NCBI GenBank assembly: GCA_021778515.1
Contig: JAJYCJ010000005.1
Coordinates: forward strand, 1,341-65,340
Direction of reading: 5' to 3'
DNA length: 64,000 bases
From: Acidobacteriota bacterium
GTDB lineage: Bacteria; Acidobacteriota; UBA4820; DSQY01
Made by a program: the position numbers and the translations under genes. The notes under the pieces are model-generated. The model saw nothing but the letters and a program-made list of their open reading frames with translations. It made no database searches and was not told the DNA's origin. Of the stretch, positions 26,055 through 36,349 are shown piece by piece. Each line of letters starts with the position of its first letter. Position 1 is the stretch's first letter.

Positions 26055-26843
26055 TCAGGGATTGGGCGGCGGAGAGGATCCCGAGGCCGGCTGCGTGTAC
26101 GCCAGCAGGAAGCGCCGGGTCTCGGGGTTCATTTCCAGAAAGACGATTCCGTAACCGACCCTGGTCTTCCGCACCACCCGGGCCTTGAATTCCACGACCT
26201 TGAGCGGCACCGTTCCCGGCACCCCCACTCGGAGGCTGACCATGCTCTTGTGCGGAAGCTCTTCTTCCAGGGAAACCTGGGCTCCGGTCAGTGAGATGTC
26301 GCGGAGCACCCCGCGCAGCTTCTGCCCTCCGCCCGATACCAGGCAGGCGGTCTGGAGGGCGCGCCGCGGCGCCCTTCGCAGGTCCCAGCTCGCGGAGCCT
26401 TCATCGGTCTGCCTTTCGACCAGGCCGGGAGGAGGCGGGCCGGTGGGCGGCTTGCGGGGGACCGCCTCCGCGGGAAGGTTGCTCAGGAGATGGACCAGCG
26501 AGCTTTCCAGTTGATCCCTTCGGACGGGCTTGGCCAGGACGAGGGTGCGCTGCCCCGTCGAGGCCTCCACGTTCATCCCTTCTTCCGTGAGGATGAGGAC
26601 TGGAAGGTCGCGAAAGGCGGCCTCGGAGCGAAGCGCGCTCAGGGTCCGAAAGCCCCCGACGGTGGGAAGCGAGAAGTCAATCACCAGGAGGTCGGGGAGG
26701 CCCGAGAGGTACATGGCCTGGATGGCCGACATGTCACTCGCGAACACCTGGCAACTCAGGCGCACGCCGCCCAGCCTCTCGAAGGGATCGGCGAAAAGCA
26801 ACAATTCCGCTTCGGCCAGGACGGCCGACACCCGGTACGCCAT
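26055..26843 (-). CDS. Receiver-like (REC) domain + PilZ domain protein
   Basis: Start MAYRVSAVL. ..DLLVIDFSLPTVGG..LPVLILT.. receiver-like fold. C-terminal PilZ signature ..RRAPRRALQTACLVSGGGQKLRGVLRDISLTGAQV...VEFKARVVRKTRVGYGIVFLEM.. Sits 31 bp upstream of the cyclase gene. Confidence 0.65.
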   Translation of the reverse strand: MAYRVSAVLAEAELLLFADPFERLGGVRLSCQVFASDMSAIQAMYLSGLPDLLVIDFSLPTVGGFRTLSALRSEAAFRDLPVLILTEEGMNVEASTGQRTLVLAKPVRRDQLESSLVHLLSNLPAEAVPRKPPTGPPPPGLVERQTDEGSASWDLRRAPRRALQTACLVSGGGQKLRGVLRDISLTGAQVSLEEELPHKSMVSLRVGVPGTVPLKVVEFKARVVRKTRVGYGIVFLEMNPETRRFLLAYTQPASGSSPPPNP

Positions 26844-26972
26844 CTGTCCCCGCCCTATTGGGCCGCCCATCCAGGCGACGCGGCACCCCACCCGTTCCTC
26901 AAATGCCAGATTATGTTATCACGGGCCACGCGGGGGAGGGAACGGGGCGAGGCCCTTCGGCAAAACCCGAGG

Positions 26973-27731
26973 TCAGGCCGCCTGTTCGGGGACGGGCTTG
27001 CGTCTGAAGAGGTAGGAGATGAGAATGCCCAGGCCATAGAGCACGATGATCGGCACGGCCACGATGGTCTGGTTCACCGGGTCGCCGGAGGGTGTGATGA
27101 CCGCCGCGATGATGAAGGCGATCAAGACGGCCCACTTGAACTTCCGCAGCAGGAAGCCCGGGCTGACGATGCCCAGCCGGGTGAGGAAGAGAATGAGGAT
27201 GGGGGTTTCGAAGGTCAGGCCGATGCCCAGGAGGAACTTCATTTCGAAGTCCCAGAAATAGGAGACCGTCACCACGTTGGTGAACCCCTCGTTGAACTGG
27301 AAGAAGAACCGGAAGGTGTAGGGCAGAACCACGTAGTAGCAGAAAGCCACGCCGGCGAGAAAAAAGAGGGAGGTTCCCAGCACGAAGGGGAGGGCCATCC
27401 TCTTCTCCCTGGACTTGAGGCCGGGGGCGATGAAGCGCCAGAGCTGGTAGAAGATCCAGGGGGCGGAGATCACGAGGCCCACGACGAAGGCCACCTTCAT
27501 GTAGAGGAAGAAGACCTCCGTGATCTCCGTATAGGCCAGGCTCTGCTGGCCCTTGGGCAGGTATTTGAAGTAGGGGGCCACCAGAAATCTCATGATCTTG
27601 TCCAGGAACAGGGTGGCCACCCCGAAGGCTACGGCCAATCCGACGAGGGCGAAGTAGATGCGCCGCCTGAGCTCCTCGAAGTGATCGAGGAAGCTCATCT
27701 CTCCCGTTCCCTGGGTCCCCTTTCCGGCCAT
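26973..27731 (-). CDS. tatC: Sec-independent protein translocase TatC
   Basis: Six-TM TatC pattern (..FEELRRRIYFALVGLAVAF.., ..PGLKSREKRMALPFV..). Start overlaps the tatA stop at 27731. Confidence 0.9.
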   Translation of the reverse strand: MAGKGTQGTGEMSFLDHFEELRRRIYFALVGLAVAFGVATLFLDKIMRFLVAPYFKYLPKGQQSLAYTEITEVFFLYMKVAFVVGLVISAPWIFYQLWRFIAPGLKSREKRMALPFVLGTSLFFLAGVAFCYYVVLPYTFRFFFQFNEGFTNVVTVSYFWDFEMKFLLGIGLTFETPILILFLTRLGIVSPGFLLRKFKWAVLIAFIIAAVITPSGDPVNQTIVAVPIIVLYGLGILISYLFRRKPVPEQAA

Positions 27732-28147
27732 CAGCGCGGCTCCACCGGTGGGGGCGGCGGTTCGTCACGGCGCTCCGGCTCGCCGGCGGGGGGCGAGGCG
27801 GACTGCGGCGCTTGCGCCGGCGGTTGGGAGCCGGGCACGGCGAGGGGATCGCGCCGCTCCTGATCCACGGGCGAGGCGGCCGGAGCGAGCGCCGTTTCGG
27901 CCGGCGGCCGGTAGGCGGGCGCTGGGAGGGCGCCGCTGGGACGCTCGGCGGGAGGCTCCACCGTGGCCGTGCGCTTGATGTCATCCACCTCCCGTTCGAT
28001 GGTGTCCTGCAGCTCCTGCGTGGCGCGCTTGAACTCGCGCATGGCCCGGCCCAGCGACTTGCCCAGCTCGGGGAGCTTCTGGGGCCCGAAGAGGAGGAGG
28101 GCGATGACCAGGATGAGCAGGAGCTCGCCGGGGCCGATGTCAAACAT
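27731..28147 (-). CDS. tatA: Twin-arginine translocase TatA/TatB-family subunit
   Basis: [42 protein letters not shown].. followed by a Pro/Ala-rich C-terminal tail. Confidence 0.8.
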   Translation of the reverse strand: MFDIGPGELLLILVIALLLFGPQKLPELGKSLGRAMREFKRATQELQDTIEREVDDIKRTATVEPPAERPSGALPAPAYRPPAETALAPAASPVDQERRDPLAVPGSQPPAQAPQSASPPAGEPERRDEPPPPPVEPR

Positions 28148-28967
28148 GGCGTTCCTCCAGAGGTCCCTGGCTCAGGCTTCCGGAGCGGAAGCCCTCCAGG
28201 TCCAGCGTGATGAAGCGAAATCCCAACTCCTTCATGTGGCGGCAGAGCGCCTCCCTGAAAGCCGGCTCCAGGAGTCGGCCCATCCCCTCCCCTTCAACCT
28301 CGATACGGGCCGCGTCGTCCAGCAGGCGGACGCGCACCTGGCGAAAACCGTGGGCCTTCAGAAATTGCTCAGCCCTCTCCACGCGCGACAGGTCTCCCAG
28401 AAGGATGGGCCGGCCCGCCGGGAACCGAGAGGAGAGGCACGCCGCAGCCGGTTTGTCCCAGGTCTCCAGGCCGAGCTCTCTGGATCGCTCCCGCACCTCC
28501 GCCTTGGTGAAGCCCGCCTCCAGGAGCGGGGCCCGTGTTCCGCGCTCTTCGGCGGCCTTCATGCCTGGCCGCCACTCGCCCACGTCGTCGGCGATGGCTC
28601 CGAACAGAAGCCAGCGCATCCCCTGCGCCGACGCCACCTCCTCCATCCGGGCAAAGAGTTCGCTCTTGCAGTGGTAGCATCGGAAGGCGTCGTTGGCCAC
28701 GAAGGCGGGATTGTCCATCTCGCGGGAATGGACCACCTGATGCCGGATCCCCCGCCGCCGGGCGAAGGCCACGGCGGCCTCGAGCTCTTCGCGGGGAAGG
28801 GTGGGCGAGTCGGCCGTGACGCCCATGCAACGCTCACCCAGGACGGCCGCGGCCTCCACCAGGAGAAGGGCCGAATCGGCGCCTCCGGAAAAGGCCACGA
28901 GCGCCCCCTCCCTGAACGGATCCAGGATCGTGCGAAGCCGGGCGACCTTCTCTTCCAGCGCATTCAC
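28140..28967 (-). CDS. PP-loop ATP pyrophosphatase family protein (LarE-like / TIGR00268-type)
   Basis: ..[14 protein letters not shown].. PP-loop, ..CYHCK.. and ..AACLSSRF.. motifs. Overlaps the tatA start by 8 bp. Confidence 0.55.
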   Translation of the reverse strand: MNALEEKVARLRTILDPFREGALVAFSGGADSALLLVEAAAVLGERCMGVTADSPTLPREELEAAVAFARRRGIRHQVVHSREMDNPAFVANDAFRCYHCKSELFARMEEVASAQGMRWLLFGAIADDVGEWRPGMKAAEERGTRAPLLEAGFTKAEVRERSRELGLETWDKPAAACLSSRFPAGRPILLGDLSRVERAEQFLKAHGFRQVRVRLLDDAARIEVEGEGMGRLLEPAFREALCRHMKELGFRFITLDLEGFRSGSLSQGPLEERHV

Positions 28968-29049
28968 GGGGGGCTCACCTCGATACCTCCAGACAGGTGT
29001 CCACTGTAGTCCAGATGAGGCGTGAGGACAACGCCTGTCCGATCGAAGC

Positions 29050-31617
29050 TCAGTGGCACTCTCCTTCTTGCCGGTCCCGTTTCCTTCGGTCCACGACGGT
29101 CAGGAGCGCCACGAGCACGGTGAGGGTTCCGATCATGCAGAACAGGCTGCCCAGAAGGCTCACGTAGCCCATGCTGCGGAGGCCGGGGTAGGACGACAGG
29201 GACATGGACCCGAAGCCGGCGATGGTGGTGAGCGCGGCGATGGCGATGGGGTTGCCCGTCTCCTGGATGACCCGGACCATGTCGTGTCCGTCCTCCTCCA
29301 GGTACCTGTGAACGAGATAGATGCCGTAGTCCGAGCCGATGCCGAGTATCATCGTGGTCACGAAGATGTTCATCATGTTGAGCGACTCCCCCATCAGGCG
29401 GAGGCTCCCCAGCATCCAGACGAGGCCAACTGCCAGCGGAACGAGCGAGTACACCGCGGGCCAGAAGGCCCGGAAATCGAACACGATGATCAGGAAGACC
29501 AGGAGGGTTCCCACGAGGAAGGCGAGGAGCGCGTCGTGGCGCACCTGCCTCCGCAGCACCTTGCTGAGGACGTTGATGCCCACCACCTTTGCCTGAGGGT
29601 CGGTCGCGTGCACGGCCCGGATCAGCCCCTGGGGCTCGAACCGCTTGAATTCGTCCGGAATGTAGAGATACGCCACTCCCCGGTAATGGTCGGGGCCCTT
29701 CTGGACGATGTATTTTCTGAGGATGGGGGCCAGGGGGCCCTTCATGAGGTGGGCATAGGTCACCGGACCGGTGGGATCCAGCATGCGGTGGAGGGTCTTG
29801 AGGTAGGGATCGAAATAGGCTTGATTGAAGTTGTTGGCTTGGCAGGCGGAATCGAAGACCGCCCGGATCCGGTCGTAGGAGAAGGCCTCGCCCTTGTCCT
29901 CGTGAAGCACTCGAAGCACCGCTTCCTGGCTCTTTTCAGTCGGGAGGTAGGTGGAGATGCTGTCGGTGAAGAGGATGTCCCCCGCCTTCACGAAGGGCTG
30001 CACGGCCTCAACGACTTTCTTGGAAGCCCGGACCACCCCGTCCGGCGTGGGGGCATCCACGACCACCATCATGTAGGTGAGCGATGCCCCGAACTTCTTC
30101 GCCACCTCGGTACTCACGTTTATCCCCTCGTTCTTCGGGCTCCTGAGGTTCTGGACGTTGTCGTCCAGGCGAACCCCCAGCGCCAGTACGCCCATCGCCA
30201 CCGTCACGATGGCCGCCACCGAGAGGGTCCACCTGGGATGGCGGTGGGCCCACCGCGCCATTCGCTCGAACCCGAAGCTGTGCATGTGAAAGGTGGGTTC
30301 GATCCCCTTGCGCGTCTTGTGGATCTGGTGGAAGTACAGCATGGCCGGAAGCAGGACGAACACGCTGGCGCAGCAGAACAGGATGCCCACGGCCGTGTAG
30401 ATGCCCACCTGGCGCATGCCGTTGAACTTGGTCAGGATCATGGCGCCGAAGGTGCAGGCCGTGGTGGCGGCTCCGACCATGACGCCTTTGCCCGTATTGC
30501 CCATGATGGAGGCCAGGCTCTCCTCGGCGGTCCGGCCCCGGTTGCGCTCCTCGATGTAGCGCCCGTACATGACGGTCGAGAAGTCGATCCCGAGCCCCAC
30601 CAGGAGGGCACCGAAGCCGGCGGTGGCGCTGTTGAGCGTCACCCCCAGCAGGTGCGCGATTCCGAAGGTCAGGATCAGGCCCAGAAGGAGCGGAGCCCAT
30701 CCGTAGACCAGGGCGCTCTTGCGCCGGAACGCCCACAGGAACACGAACATGACGAGGACCACCGAGGTCACTGTGTTGATGAGGGCATCGTGCTTGATCA
30801 GGTTGGCGTCGTCCTGGGCGATCGGATAGCCGCCGCCGTAACTCACCTTGAGGAACTTGACCTCCTCGGGGTTCTCCTGGCCCCACTGGGCGCGCACCTT
30901 GGCCTCCAGGGAGCGGACGGTGCTCATCAGCTTCTTTCCGTAGGTGATGTCCTGCGCGGGGTGATCGGGGCGCACGATCATGAGGAGGGAGCTACCGTCC
31001 TTGGAGAGGTAGTAGCCGTCGGAGAGGTCCACGTTGAGCTGCCGCGTCTTGCCCATGAAGTGGCGCTTGAGGACGGAGAACAGCCCGAACGGGTCGTACT
31101 GGATCAGCTCCTTGGTCATCAGCGACGCCGGATTGGAAAGGAACCGCCGGTTGTCCGCCACCTGCTTGCGGATCTGGGCGTCCGTGAACCGCGAGGCCAC
31201 CTCGGGAAGGTCCGACTGGTTCAGATAGAGGAGCGTGTAGGGAAGCATCTCCTGGATGACGCCCTCGTAATCCTGAAGGCGGTACTCCACGCCCTCCACC
31301 ATTCCGCTCTTGCGCAACCCCGAGGCCATGTCGTCGGCGAATTCCTCGTAGTTGTCTATGGGGTGGCCCTTGGGGTCCTTGGTCTGCACGAGGATGAACA
31401 GGTAGTCCAGGCTCTTGAAGTCGTGCGTGGCCTCCCGGAAGTTCTCGACGGTCGGATTGTGACGCGGCAGGAGGTCGAGGATGTCGGAGTCGATCCGGGG
31501 AGGCTTGACGATAAAAAGGACCACGACGGACGCCGCGAGAAGCAGGGCGATGCTGAACACCCACCGGTAGTGCACGGCGCAAACGCTGGCCAATTTGCGC
31601 AGCAGGGTCTCTCTCAT
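29050..31617 (-). CDS. MMPL/RND-superfamily transporter (HpnN-like)
   Basis: 855 aa. Two 6-TM bundles each followed by a large periplasmic loop. MMPL-type sequence throughout. Confidence 0.75.
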   Translation of the reverse strand: MRETLLRKLASVCAVHYRWVFSIALLLAASVVVLFIVKPPRIDSDILDLLPRHNPTVENFREATHDFKSLDYLFILVQTKDPKGHPIDNYEEFADDMASGLRKSGMVEGVEYRLQDYEGVIQEMLPYTLLYLNQSDLPEVASRFTDAQIRKQVADNRRFLSNPASLMTKELIQYDPFGLFSVLKRHFMGKTRQLNVDLSDGYYLSKDGSSLLMIVRPDHPAQDITYGKKLMSTVRSLEAKVRAQWGQENPEEVKFLKVSYGGGYPIAQDDANLIKHDALINTVTSVVLVMFVFLWAFRRKSALVYGWAPLLLGLILTFGIAHLLGVTLNSATAGFGALLVGLGIDFSTVMYGRYIEERNRGRTAEESLASIMGNTGKGVMVGAATTACTFGAMILTKFNGMRQVGIYTAVGILFCCASVFVLLPAMLYFHQIHKTRKGIEPTFHMHSFGFERMARWAHRHPRWTLSVAAIVTVAMGVLALGVRLDDNVQNLRSPKNEGINVSTEVAKKFGASLTYMMVVVDAPTPDGVVRASKKVVEAVQPFVKAGDILFTDSISTYLPTEKSQEAVLRVLHEDKGEAFSYDRIRAVFDSACQANNFNQAYFDPYLKTLHRMLDPTGPVTYAHLMKGPLAPILRKYIVQKGPDHYRGVAYLYIPDEFKRFEPQGLIRAVHATDPQAKVVGINVLSKVLRRQVRHDALLAFLVGTLLVFLIIVFDFRAFWPAVYSLVPLAVGLVWMLGSLRLMGESLNMMNIFVTTMILGIGSDYGIYLVHRYLEEDGHDMVRVIQETGNPIAIAALTTIAGFGSMSLSSYPGLRSMGYVSLLGSLFCMIGTLTVLVALLTVVDRRKRDRQEGECH

Positions 31618-31645
31618 GGACCTCTCCTGTTGTGGCTCCCAGGCT

Positions 31646-32285
31646 TCATGAGAGGGCCTCTCCCTTGATGCGCATGGGCGTGTTCACCGCACCCGCCGAC
31701 ATGATGAAGGTGAGACCCTCCTCCACGCTGATGTCCAGCGGAAGGACCTCCTCGGCCGGCAGGATCACGAGGTATCCGGAGGTGGGATTGGGGGTCGTGG
31801 GGACGAACACGTTGTAGTGCTCCCGCTGGCAGCGGGCGTTGAGATCTCCCTGGCTTGCGCTGGTGATGAAGCCCATCGTCCAGCACCCCTTCCTCGGGAA
31901 TTCCACCAGGACGACCCGCTGGAAGCCCTTCTCCCGCTGGAAGGTTTCGAGCAGTTGTTTGGTGGCCGAATAGATGGGCTTGGCCAGCGGCAGGCTCATG
32001 AGGAGGCGTTCGAACCCCTGCCACGCCTTCTTGCCCAGATAGGACCGCACCAGCAGGCCCAGGATCACGAGCAGGGCGACGGTTATGACCAGGGAAGCGG
32101 CCTCCGTCACTCCCGCCACGGGTTCCCGTCCGATCCACCGGAAGGCCAGGGTCACGAAGGGGGCGCTCACGGACACGAGCAGCTTGAAGCCGGTGTAGAG
32201 GATCCAGGCGGTGACGGCCAGCGGCAAAACCAGGACCAGCCCCGTCAGAAATGAGCGCCGAAGGGCGATCCAGAAACCCCTCACG
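31646..32285 (-). CDS. DUF502-family membrane protein
   Basis: GTG start near 32283. ..GFWIALRRSFLTGLVLVLPLAVTAWIL.. and ..GYLVILPAEEV..LDISVEEGLTFIMSAG.. Earlier part of the listed ORF is frame-shadow. Confidence 0.5.
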
Positions 32286-32874
32286 CCTGGTCCCCGCGGA
32301 AGAGGTCTATGCGGCGGGCGAACTTCACGAAGTACTCCACCATGGATACGATGGCGATGAGGGCGACGAAGTAGAGGAGTCCCACGCCCGTGAACTTGAC
32401 CCACTCCCAGTCCCGTTGATTGCCCCAGATGATGAAGGAGATGGCCAGCACCTCCACCACCATCTTCCACTTGCCCAAGACCCCCGCGGGAATGGCCACC
32501 TGGTGAATGGCGGCGATCATCCTGAGGCCCGTCACCGTGAACTCGCGGCCGATGATGATCACCACCACCCAGGCCTGCGCCAAGTGCAGCTCCACCAGCG
32601 ATATGAGGACCGAGGCAATCAGAAGTTTGTCGGCGATGGGATCGAGGAGCTGTCCGAGGGTGGTCACCTGGTTGCGCTTGCGGGCCAGGTAGCCGTCCAG
32701 AAGGTCGGTGAGAGAGGCCAACACGAAGATCCCGACGGCCAGTTCCTCGCGGTTGAAGAAGAACCACTTCTCAAAGTGGAATTCGGTGAGCAGAACGACG
32801 ACCACCAGGGGCACCAGAAAGATCCGGAACCCCGTGAGGGTGTTGGGGAGATTGAGGGCTGGATTGCTCTTCAT
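32281..32874 (-). CDS. pgsA: CDP-diacylglycerol--glycerol-3-phosphate 3-phosphatidyltransferase (PgsA)
   Basis: CDP-alcohol phosphotransferase motif ..DLLDGYLARKRNQVTTLGQLLDPIADK.. Confidence 0.8.
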   Translation of the reverse strand: MKSNPALNLPNTLTGFRIFLVPLVVVVLLTEFHFEKWFFFNREELAVGIFVLASLTDLLDGYLARKRNQVTTLGQLLDPIADKLLIASVLISLVELHLAQAWVVVIIIGREFTVTGLRMIAAIHQVAIPAGVLGKWKMVVEVLAISFIIWGNQRDWEWVKFTGVGLLYFVALIAIVSMVEYFVKFARRIDLFRGDQA

Positions 32875-32985
32875 GGCCGGCCGCTGATCCCGCCGATCTC
32901 CGAGGGGATATCGCCCTGATCGAAGGGCCTTCGCCCGTCGTGGTCGCGCCGACCCGTTCGCCCGAACAGCGGGGTATTCACGAGG

Positions 32986-34533
32986 CTACCTCGGCCGCTT
33001 CCGGCGGTCCAGGTCGAACCGCTCAATCATCTTGATCAGCCCCCGGCGCGTGATGCCCAGGTCCTCCGCGGCACGGGTCTTGTTCCAGCGGTACTTCTGG
33101 AGGGCCTCCAACAGCATCTTCCGCTGGATGGCGTCCAGCGACTCCTTCAGGCGGTTGCCGCCGGCCGCGCTGGAGAGGAGCGCGGCCTGCTGGATGACCT
33201 CCGAGAGGTGGTGGGCCGTCACCATCTCGCCGTCGTTCAGGAGGATGGCCAGGCGCTCCATCTCGTTCTTGAGCTGGCGCACGTTCCCGGGCCAGTGATA
33301 GGCCGTGAGCACGTCCACCGCGTCCTTCTCAAACCCCACGTGCCGCCTGCCCAGCTTGCCCGCGAACAGGGTCAGGAAGTGCCTGGCCAGGAGGGGGATG
33401 TCCTCCTTGCGGTCCCTCATGGGCGGAAGCTTGATGGTGACCACGTTGAGGCGGTAGAAGAGGTCCTCCCTGAACAGACCTCGCTGGATCTGGTCCTGGA
33501 GGTCCTTGTTGGTGGCCGACAGAATGCGCACGTCCACCTTCCGCGACTGGTTGTCCCCTATCCGGCGGATCTCGCCCTCCTGGAGCGCCCGCAGGATCTT
33601 GGCCTGCGAGGAGAGGGAGAGGTCTCCGATCTCGTCCAGGAGGAGGGTCCCCCCGTCGGCCACCTCGAAGAGGCCGGGCTTGTCGTGGGTCGCCCCCGTG
33701 TAGGAGCCCTTCTTGTAGCCGAAAAGCTCGCTCTCGAGCAGGGTCTCCGGGAGGGAGGCGCAATTCTGGGTGATGAACTTCTTGTCGCGCCGTGGAGATT
33801 TGTAATGGATGGCCCTGGCGATGAGCTCCTTGCCCGTGCCGCTCTCGCCCATGATCAGGACGGACACGTTGCTGGCGGCCACCAGCTCCACGGTTTCGAG
33901 GATGGAGATGATCTTCGGCGAATTCGAAATGATCTCGGGGAACCCCTGTTCCGCCGAGGCGATCTGGCGGAGGTAGCTGTTCTCCAGGCGGAAGCTCTCG
34001 CGCTCCTGCGCGGTCTGGACGGCCGAGGAGGAGAGGTCGACGAAGGACTTCAGGAAGAGGTAGTCCCGCTCGGTGAAGGCTCCCGGGAGCTTGCCGTGGT
34101 CCACGTACAGCGCGCCCAGGAGGGTCTCCCCGTGGATCAGCGGCAGGCAGAGCACGGAGAGGATGTTGTAGTGGATCGCGCTCTCGCTCTGGAATCGGGG
34201 ATCGGTCTGGGCGTTCGCGGCGAGGATCCCCTCCTTCCGGTTGATGGCGGATTGAACCACCGACAGGGCCACCTTCTGGGCATCCACCAGCTCGTCGGGA
34301 TACAGGGACCGCGCGACCGTCGGATAGAGATCCCCGTGCCGGTCCCGCAGGAACACCACCCCTCTCTCGGCGTGGAGGTGTTGGATGGCCAGGTCGACCA
34401 GGTTCTGGAGGAGGGGTTCCAGTTCGGTGAAGGAGTGGACCACGTAGGCCAGACGGTACAGCGTCTCCAGATCCTGGCGGCCTTCTGGAATGGGCGGCTC
34501 TTCCGCTGTCTGGCCCAGGGTCTCCTCGGTCAT
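32986..34533 (-). CDS. Sigma54-dependent transcriptional activator with N-terminal GAF-like sensor domain (no receiver)
   Basis: Start MTEETLGQ (ATG at complement 34531-34533). AAA+ sigma54-interaction domain (GESGTGKELIARAIH, GAFTGA-type loop ..ESELFGYKKGSYTGA..). C-terminal Fis-type HTH. Confidence 0.85.
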   Translation of the reverse strand: MTEETLGQTAEEPPIPEGRQDLETLYRLAYVVHSFTELEPLLQNLVDLAIQHLHAERGVVFLRDRHGDLYPTVARSLYPDELVDAQKVALSVVQSAINRKEGILAANAQTDPRFQSESAIHYNILSVLCLPLIHGETLLGALYVDHGKLPGAFTERDYLFLKSFVDLSSSAVQTAQERESFRLENSYLRQIASAEQGFPEIISNSPKIISILETVELVAASNVSVLIMGESGTGKELIARAIHYKSPRRDKKFITQNCASLPETLLESELFGYKKGSYTGATHDKPGLFEVADGGTLLLDEIGDLSLSSQAKILRALQEGEIRRIGDNQSRKVDVRILSATNKDLQDQIQRGLFREDLFYRLNVVTIKLPPMRDRKEDIPLLARHFLTLFAGKLGRRHVGFEKDAVDVLTAYHWPGNVRQLKNEMERLAILLNDGEMVTAHHLSEVIQQAALLSSAAGGNRLKESLDAIQRKMLLEALQKYRWNKTRAAEDLGITRRGLIKMIERFDLDRRKRPR

Positions 34534-35276
34534 GCCTTCGCCTTGAGATCCTGCAGTTTGGTGTCCACCCGCTTGACCAGGGGGTCGTCCTTGGCCTTGT
34601 CGCCCGTGACGGTCTTCTGGACCATTTGATAGGCCTCTATGGCTTTCGCCTTCTCCGCGCGCCGCTCGTAGAACTGACCCAGCTCCCAATATCCCTCGCC
34701 CTTCGGCCACGTGGGGTTGTTCAGGGTAGCCAGCGTCTTCCAGTCCTGCTCCGCCTTGTCCCACTGCTTGGAGGCCTCGTAGAGGCGCGCGCGCAGGTTC
34801 AGCGCCAGCGGGGCCAGGCTACCTTGCGTGAGAGGAGAGAGAGTGGCGATGGCCTCGGGAAGGCTTCCCGAATCGGCCTGGGCCAGGGCCTTGTAATAGG
34901 CGGCCAGCCCGCCGGTGGCCCCGAAGCCCACCTGGTTCTGAAGGGCTTGAAGGCGCGTCTCGACCTCGTTGAGCTTCTGGGCCTCCGAGGTAAAGGAGAG
35001 CTGGCCCGCGGGGGCGCTCTTGCCCTTCTCCTCGATGGGCGCGGTGTACGCCTCCATCACCCGGGCCATGAGATAGGAGGCCTTGGCCTGCCGGCTTTCG
35101 TGACGGGACCAGAGCGCGAAGGCTCCCAAACCCACCGCCAGGACCGCGAGGAGGGCCGCCGCGTAAACCTTCCAGTGCCGTTCCATGTTGGCGATGGTGC
35201 CGAAATAGAACTCCGACAGCAGGTCGCGGAATTCGTCCTCTCTCATGTCCCGTTTGGTGAGTTTCTTGCTGACCAT
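34530..35276 (-). CDS. YfgM-like membrane-anchored TPR-like protein (UPF0070-like)
   Basis: Start MVSKKLTKRDM. Single N-terminal TM (VYAAALLAVLAVGLGAFALW) followed by a helical-repeat periplasmic domain. ATGA overlap with the sigma54 activator start. Confidence 0.5.
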   Translation of the reverse strand: MVSKKLTKRDMREDEFRDLLSEFYFGTIANMERHWKVYAAALLAVLAVGLGAFALWSRHESRQAKASYLMARVMEAYTAPIEEKGKSAPAGQLSFTSEAQKLNEVETRLQALQNQVGFGATGGLAAYYKALAQADSGSLPEAIATLSPLTQGSLAPLALNLRARLYEASKQWDKAEQDWKTLATLNNPTWPKGEGYWELGQFYERRAEKAKAIEAYQMVQKTVTGDKAKDDPLVKRVDTKLQDLKAKA

Positions 35277-35296
35277 TTCTTCTCCTCTGAGTGTGA

Positions 35297-35373
35297 TGGT
35301 GTGCCTGGCGGGAGTTGAACCCACGACCCCCTGCTTAGGAGGCAGGTGCTCTATCCAACTGAGCTACAGGCAC
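35297..35373 (-). tRNA. tRNA-Arg (anticodon CCU), CCA encoded
   Basis: Minus-strand read: GUGCCUG-UA-GCUC-AGUUGGAUA-GAGC-A-CCUGC-CUCCUAA-GCAGG-GGGUC-GUGGG-UUCAACU-CCCGC-CAGGCAC-A-CCA. All four stems pair. 7-nt anticodon loop with CCU. Confidence 0.9.
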
Positions 35374-35393
35374 ATACCAGGCCAAAAGGCCGC

Positions 35394-35681
35394 TCAGTAT
35401 TCTATAGTAAAGCTCCCGGCCTTTTCAAGGGATTTTGAAGGAGCGAAGGACTCCAGCCGGTCCACCCGGGCGTGGCCGGGTCCCGCGCGCAGGGCGGTCT
35501 CCAGCGCCGCGACGGCATCCAGCGCGCCCCGCGCCTGGACTTCCACCGTCCCATCCATGAGATTGCGGGTCCAGCCCGTGAGGCCCAGGGAGAGGGCCGT
35601 GCGCGCCACGAAATAGCGGAAGCCCACCCCTTGAACCCTGCCGTGCACGTACCAGGCCGCCGAGCGCGGCTGATCGCCCAT
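35394..35681 (-). CDS. acyP: Acylphosphatase
   Basis: 95 aa MGDQPRSAAWYVHGRVQGVGFRYFVARTA..LTGWTRNLMDGTVEV.. matches the acylphosphatase signature. Located at the end of a longer spurious ORF. Confidence 0.75.
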   Translation of the reverse strand: MGDQPRSAAWYVHGRVQGVGFRYFVARTALSLGLTGWTRNLMDGTVEVQARGALDAVAALETALRAGPGHARVDRLESFAPSKSLEKAGSFTIEY

Positions 35682-35694
35682 GGCACGATTGTAC

Positions 35695-36330
35695 CCAAAT
35701 CCCGCGATTGGAGATGCACCTATCGATGAAAGGCCAGCGTGGCCATCTTCCCCTGGGAAACGGAGTTCACCCCCCAAGGGATTTCGGGCGCCTCCGACCC
35801 CGGACTTGATCCGGGGGAGGAAGCCCCAAGGGTGGGGTGGGGCCCCAACGGGCTTTGCCCGTGGGGTGGGGCCCCGGAGGACAACACGACGATTCGGCAG
35901 GCTTGGCCTGCGAATCGGAAAGCCCAAATCCCGCGATTGGACATGGGAGTGGCTCCGAAAGACAGATGGAGGGTAGTTCCCGTGAAAGACGGTCTTCACC
36001 CGCGAAGGGATTTGGGTGGCCTCCGAACCCGGCCCAGGCCGGGCGAGGAAGCCCCAAGGGTGGGGCGGGGCCCCGGAGGACAACACGACGATTCGGCAGG
36101 CTTGGCCTGCGAATCGGAGGAGGAAGCCCATGGCCCTCCCCGTCCAAGAGACAATGCCTTTCCCCCGTGTGTCCGAAACCTGGCCGAAGCCACCCGTATT
36201 TCAATCGCGGAATTTGGGGAAAGAGAAGCCCTTGGCCCTCCCCACCCAAGAGACAAAGCCCTTCCCCGTACACCCGAAACCCGGCCGAAGCCTCCCGCGG
36301 TTCAATCGCGGAATCTGGGTTGCAGGATCC
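35695..36330. repeat. Mosaic of REP-like repeats: two direct ~200-230-bp units (35695-35918, 35923-36117) plus two tandem ~102-bp inverted-family units (36118-36219, 36220-36320)
   Basis: cccaaatcccgcgattgga recurs at 35695 and 35923. gaggaagccccaagggtgggg(c/t)ggggcccc...cgattcggcaggcttggcctgcgaatcgg hairpin recurs at 35890-35918 and 36089-36117. Unit 1 carries a 29-bp internal tandem duplication. The units at 36118-36320 are a related sequence in inverse orientation. Confidence 0.6.
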
Positions 36331-36349
36331 CGCCTTTCGGGAGGCAACG

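Noticed and set aside
29053-31668. 871-aa plus-strand ORF opposite the MMPL transporter
   Set aside because: No TM or motif content, His/Asp/Gly-rich. The minus strand encodes a typical MMPL protein.
33208-34629. 473-aa plus-strand ORF opposite the sigma54 activator
   Set aside because: Antisense artefact. The sigma54 AAA+ motifs are on the minus strand.
35695-36330. Possible CRISPR array
   Set aside because: Repeat units are 100-230 bp, of mixed orientation, with no uniform short spacers and no cas genes. Better explained as REP/MITE-like elements.
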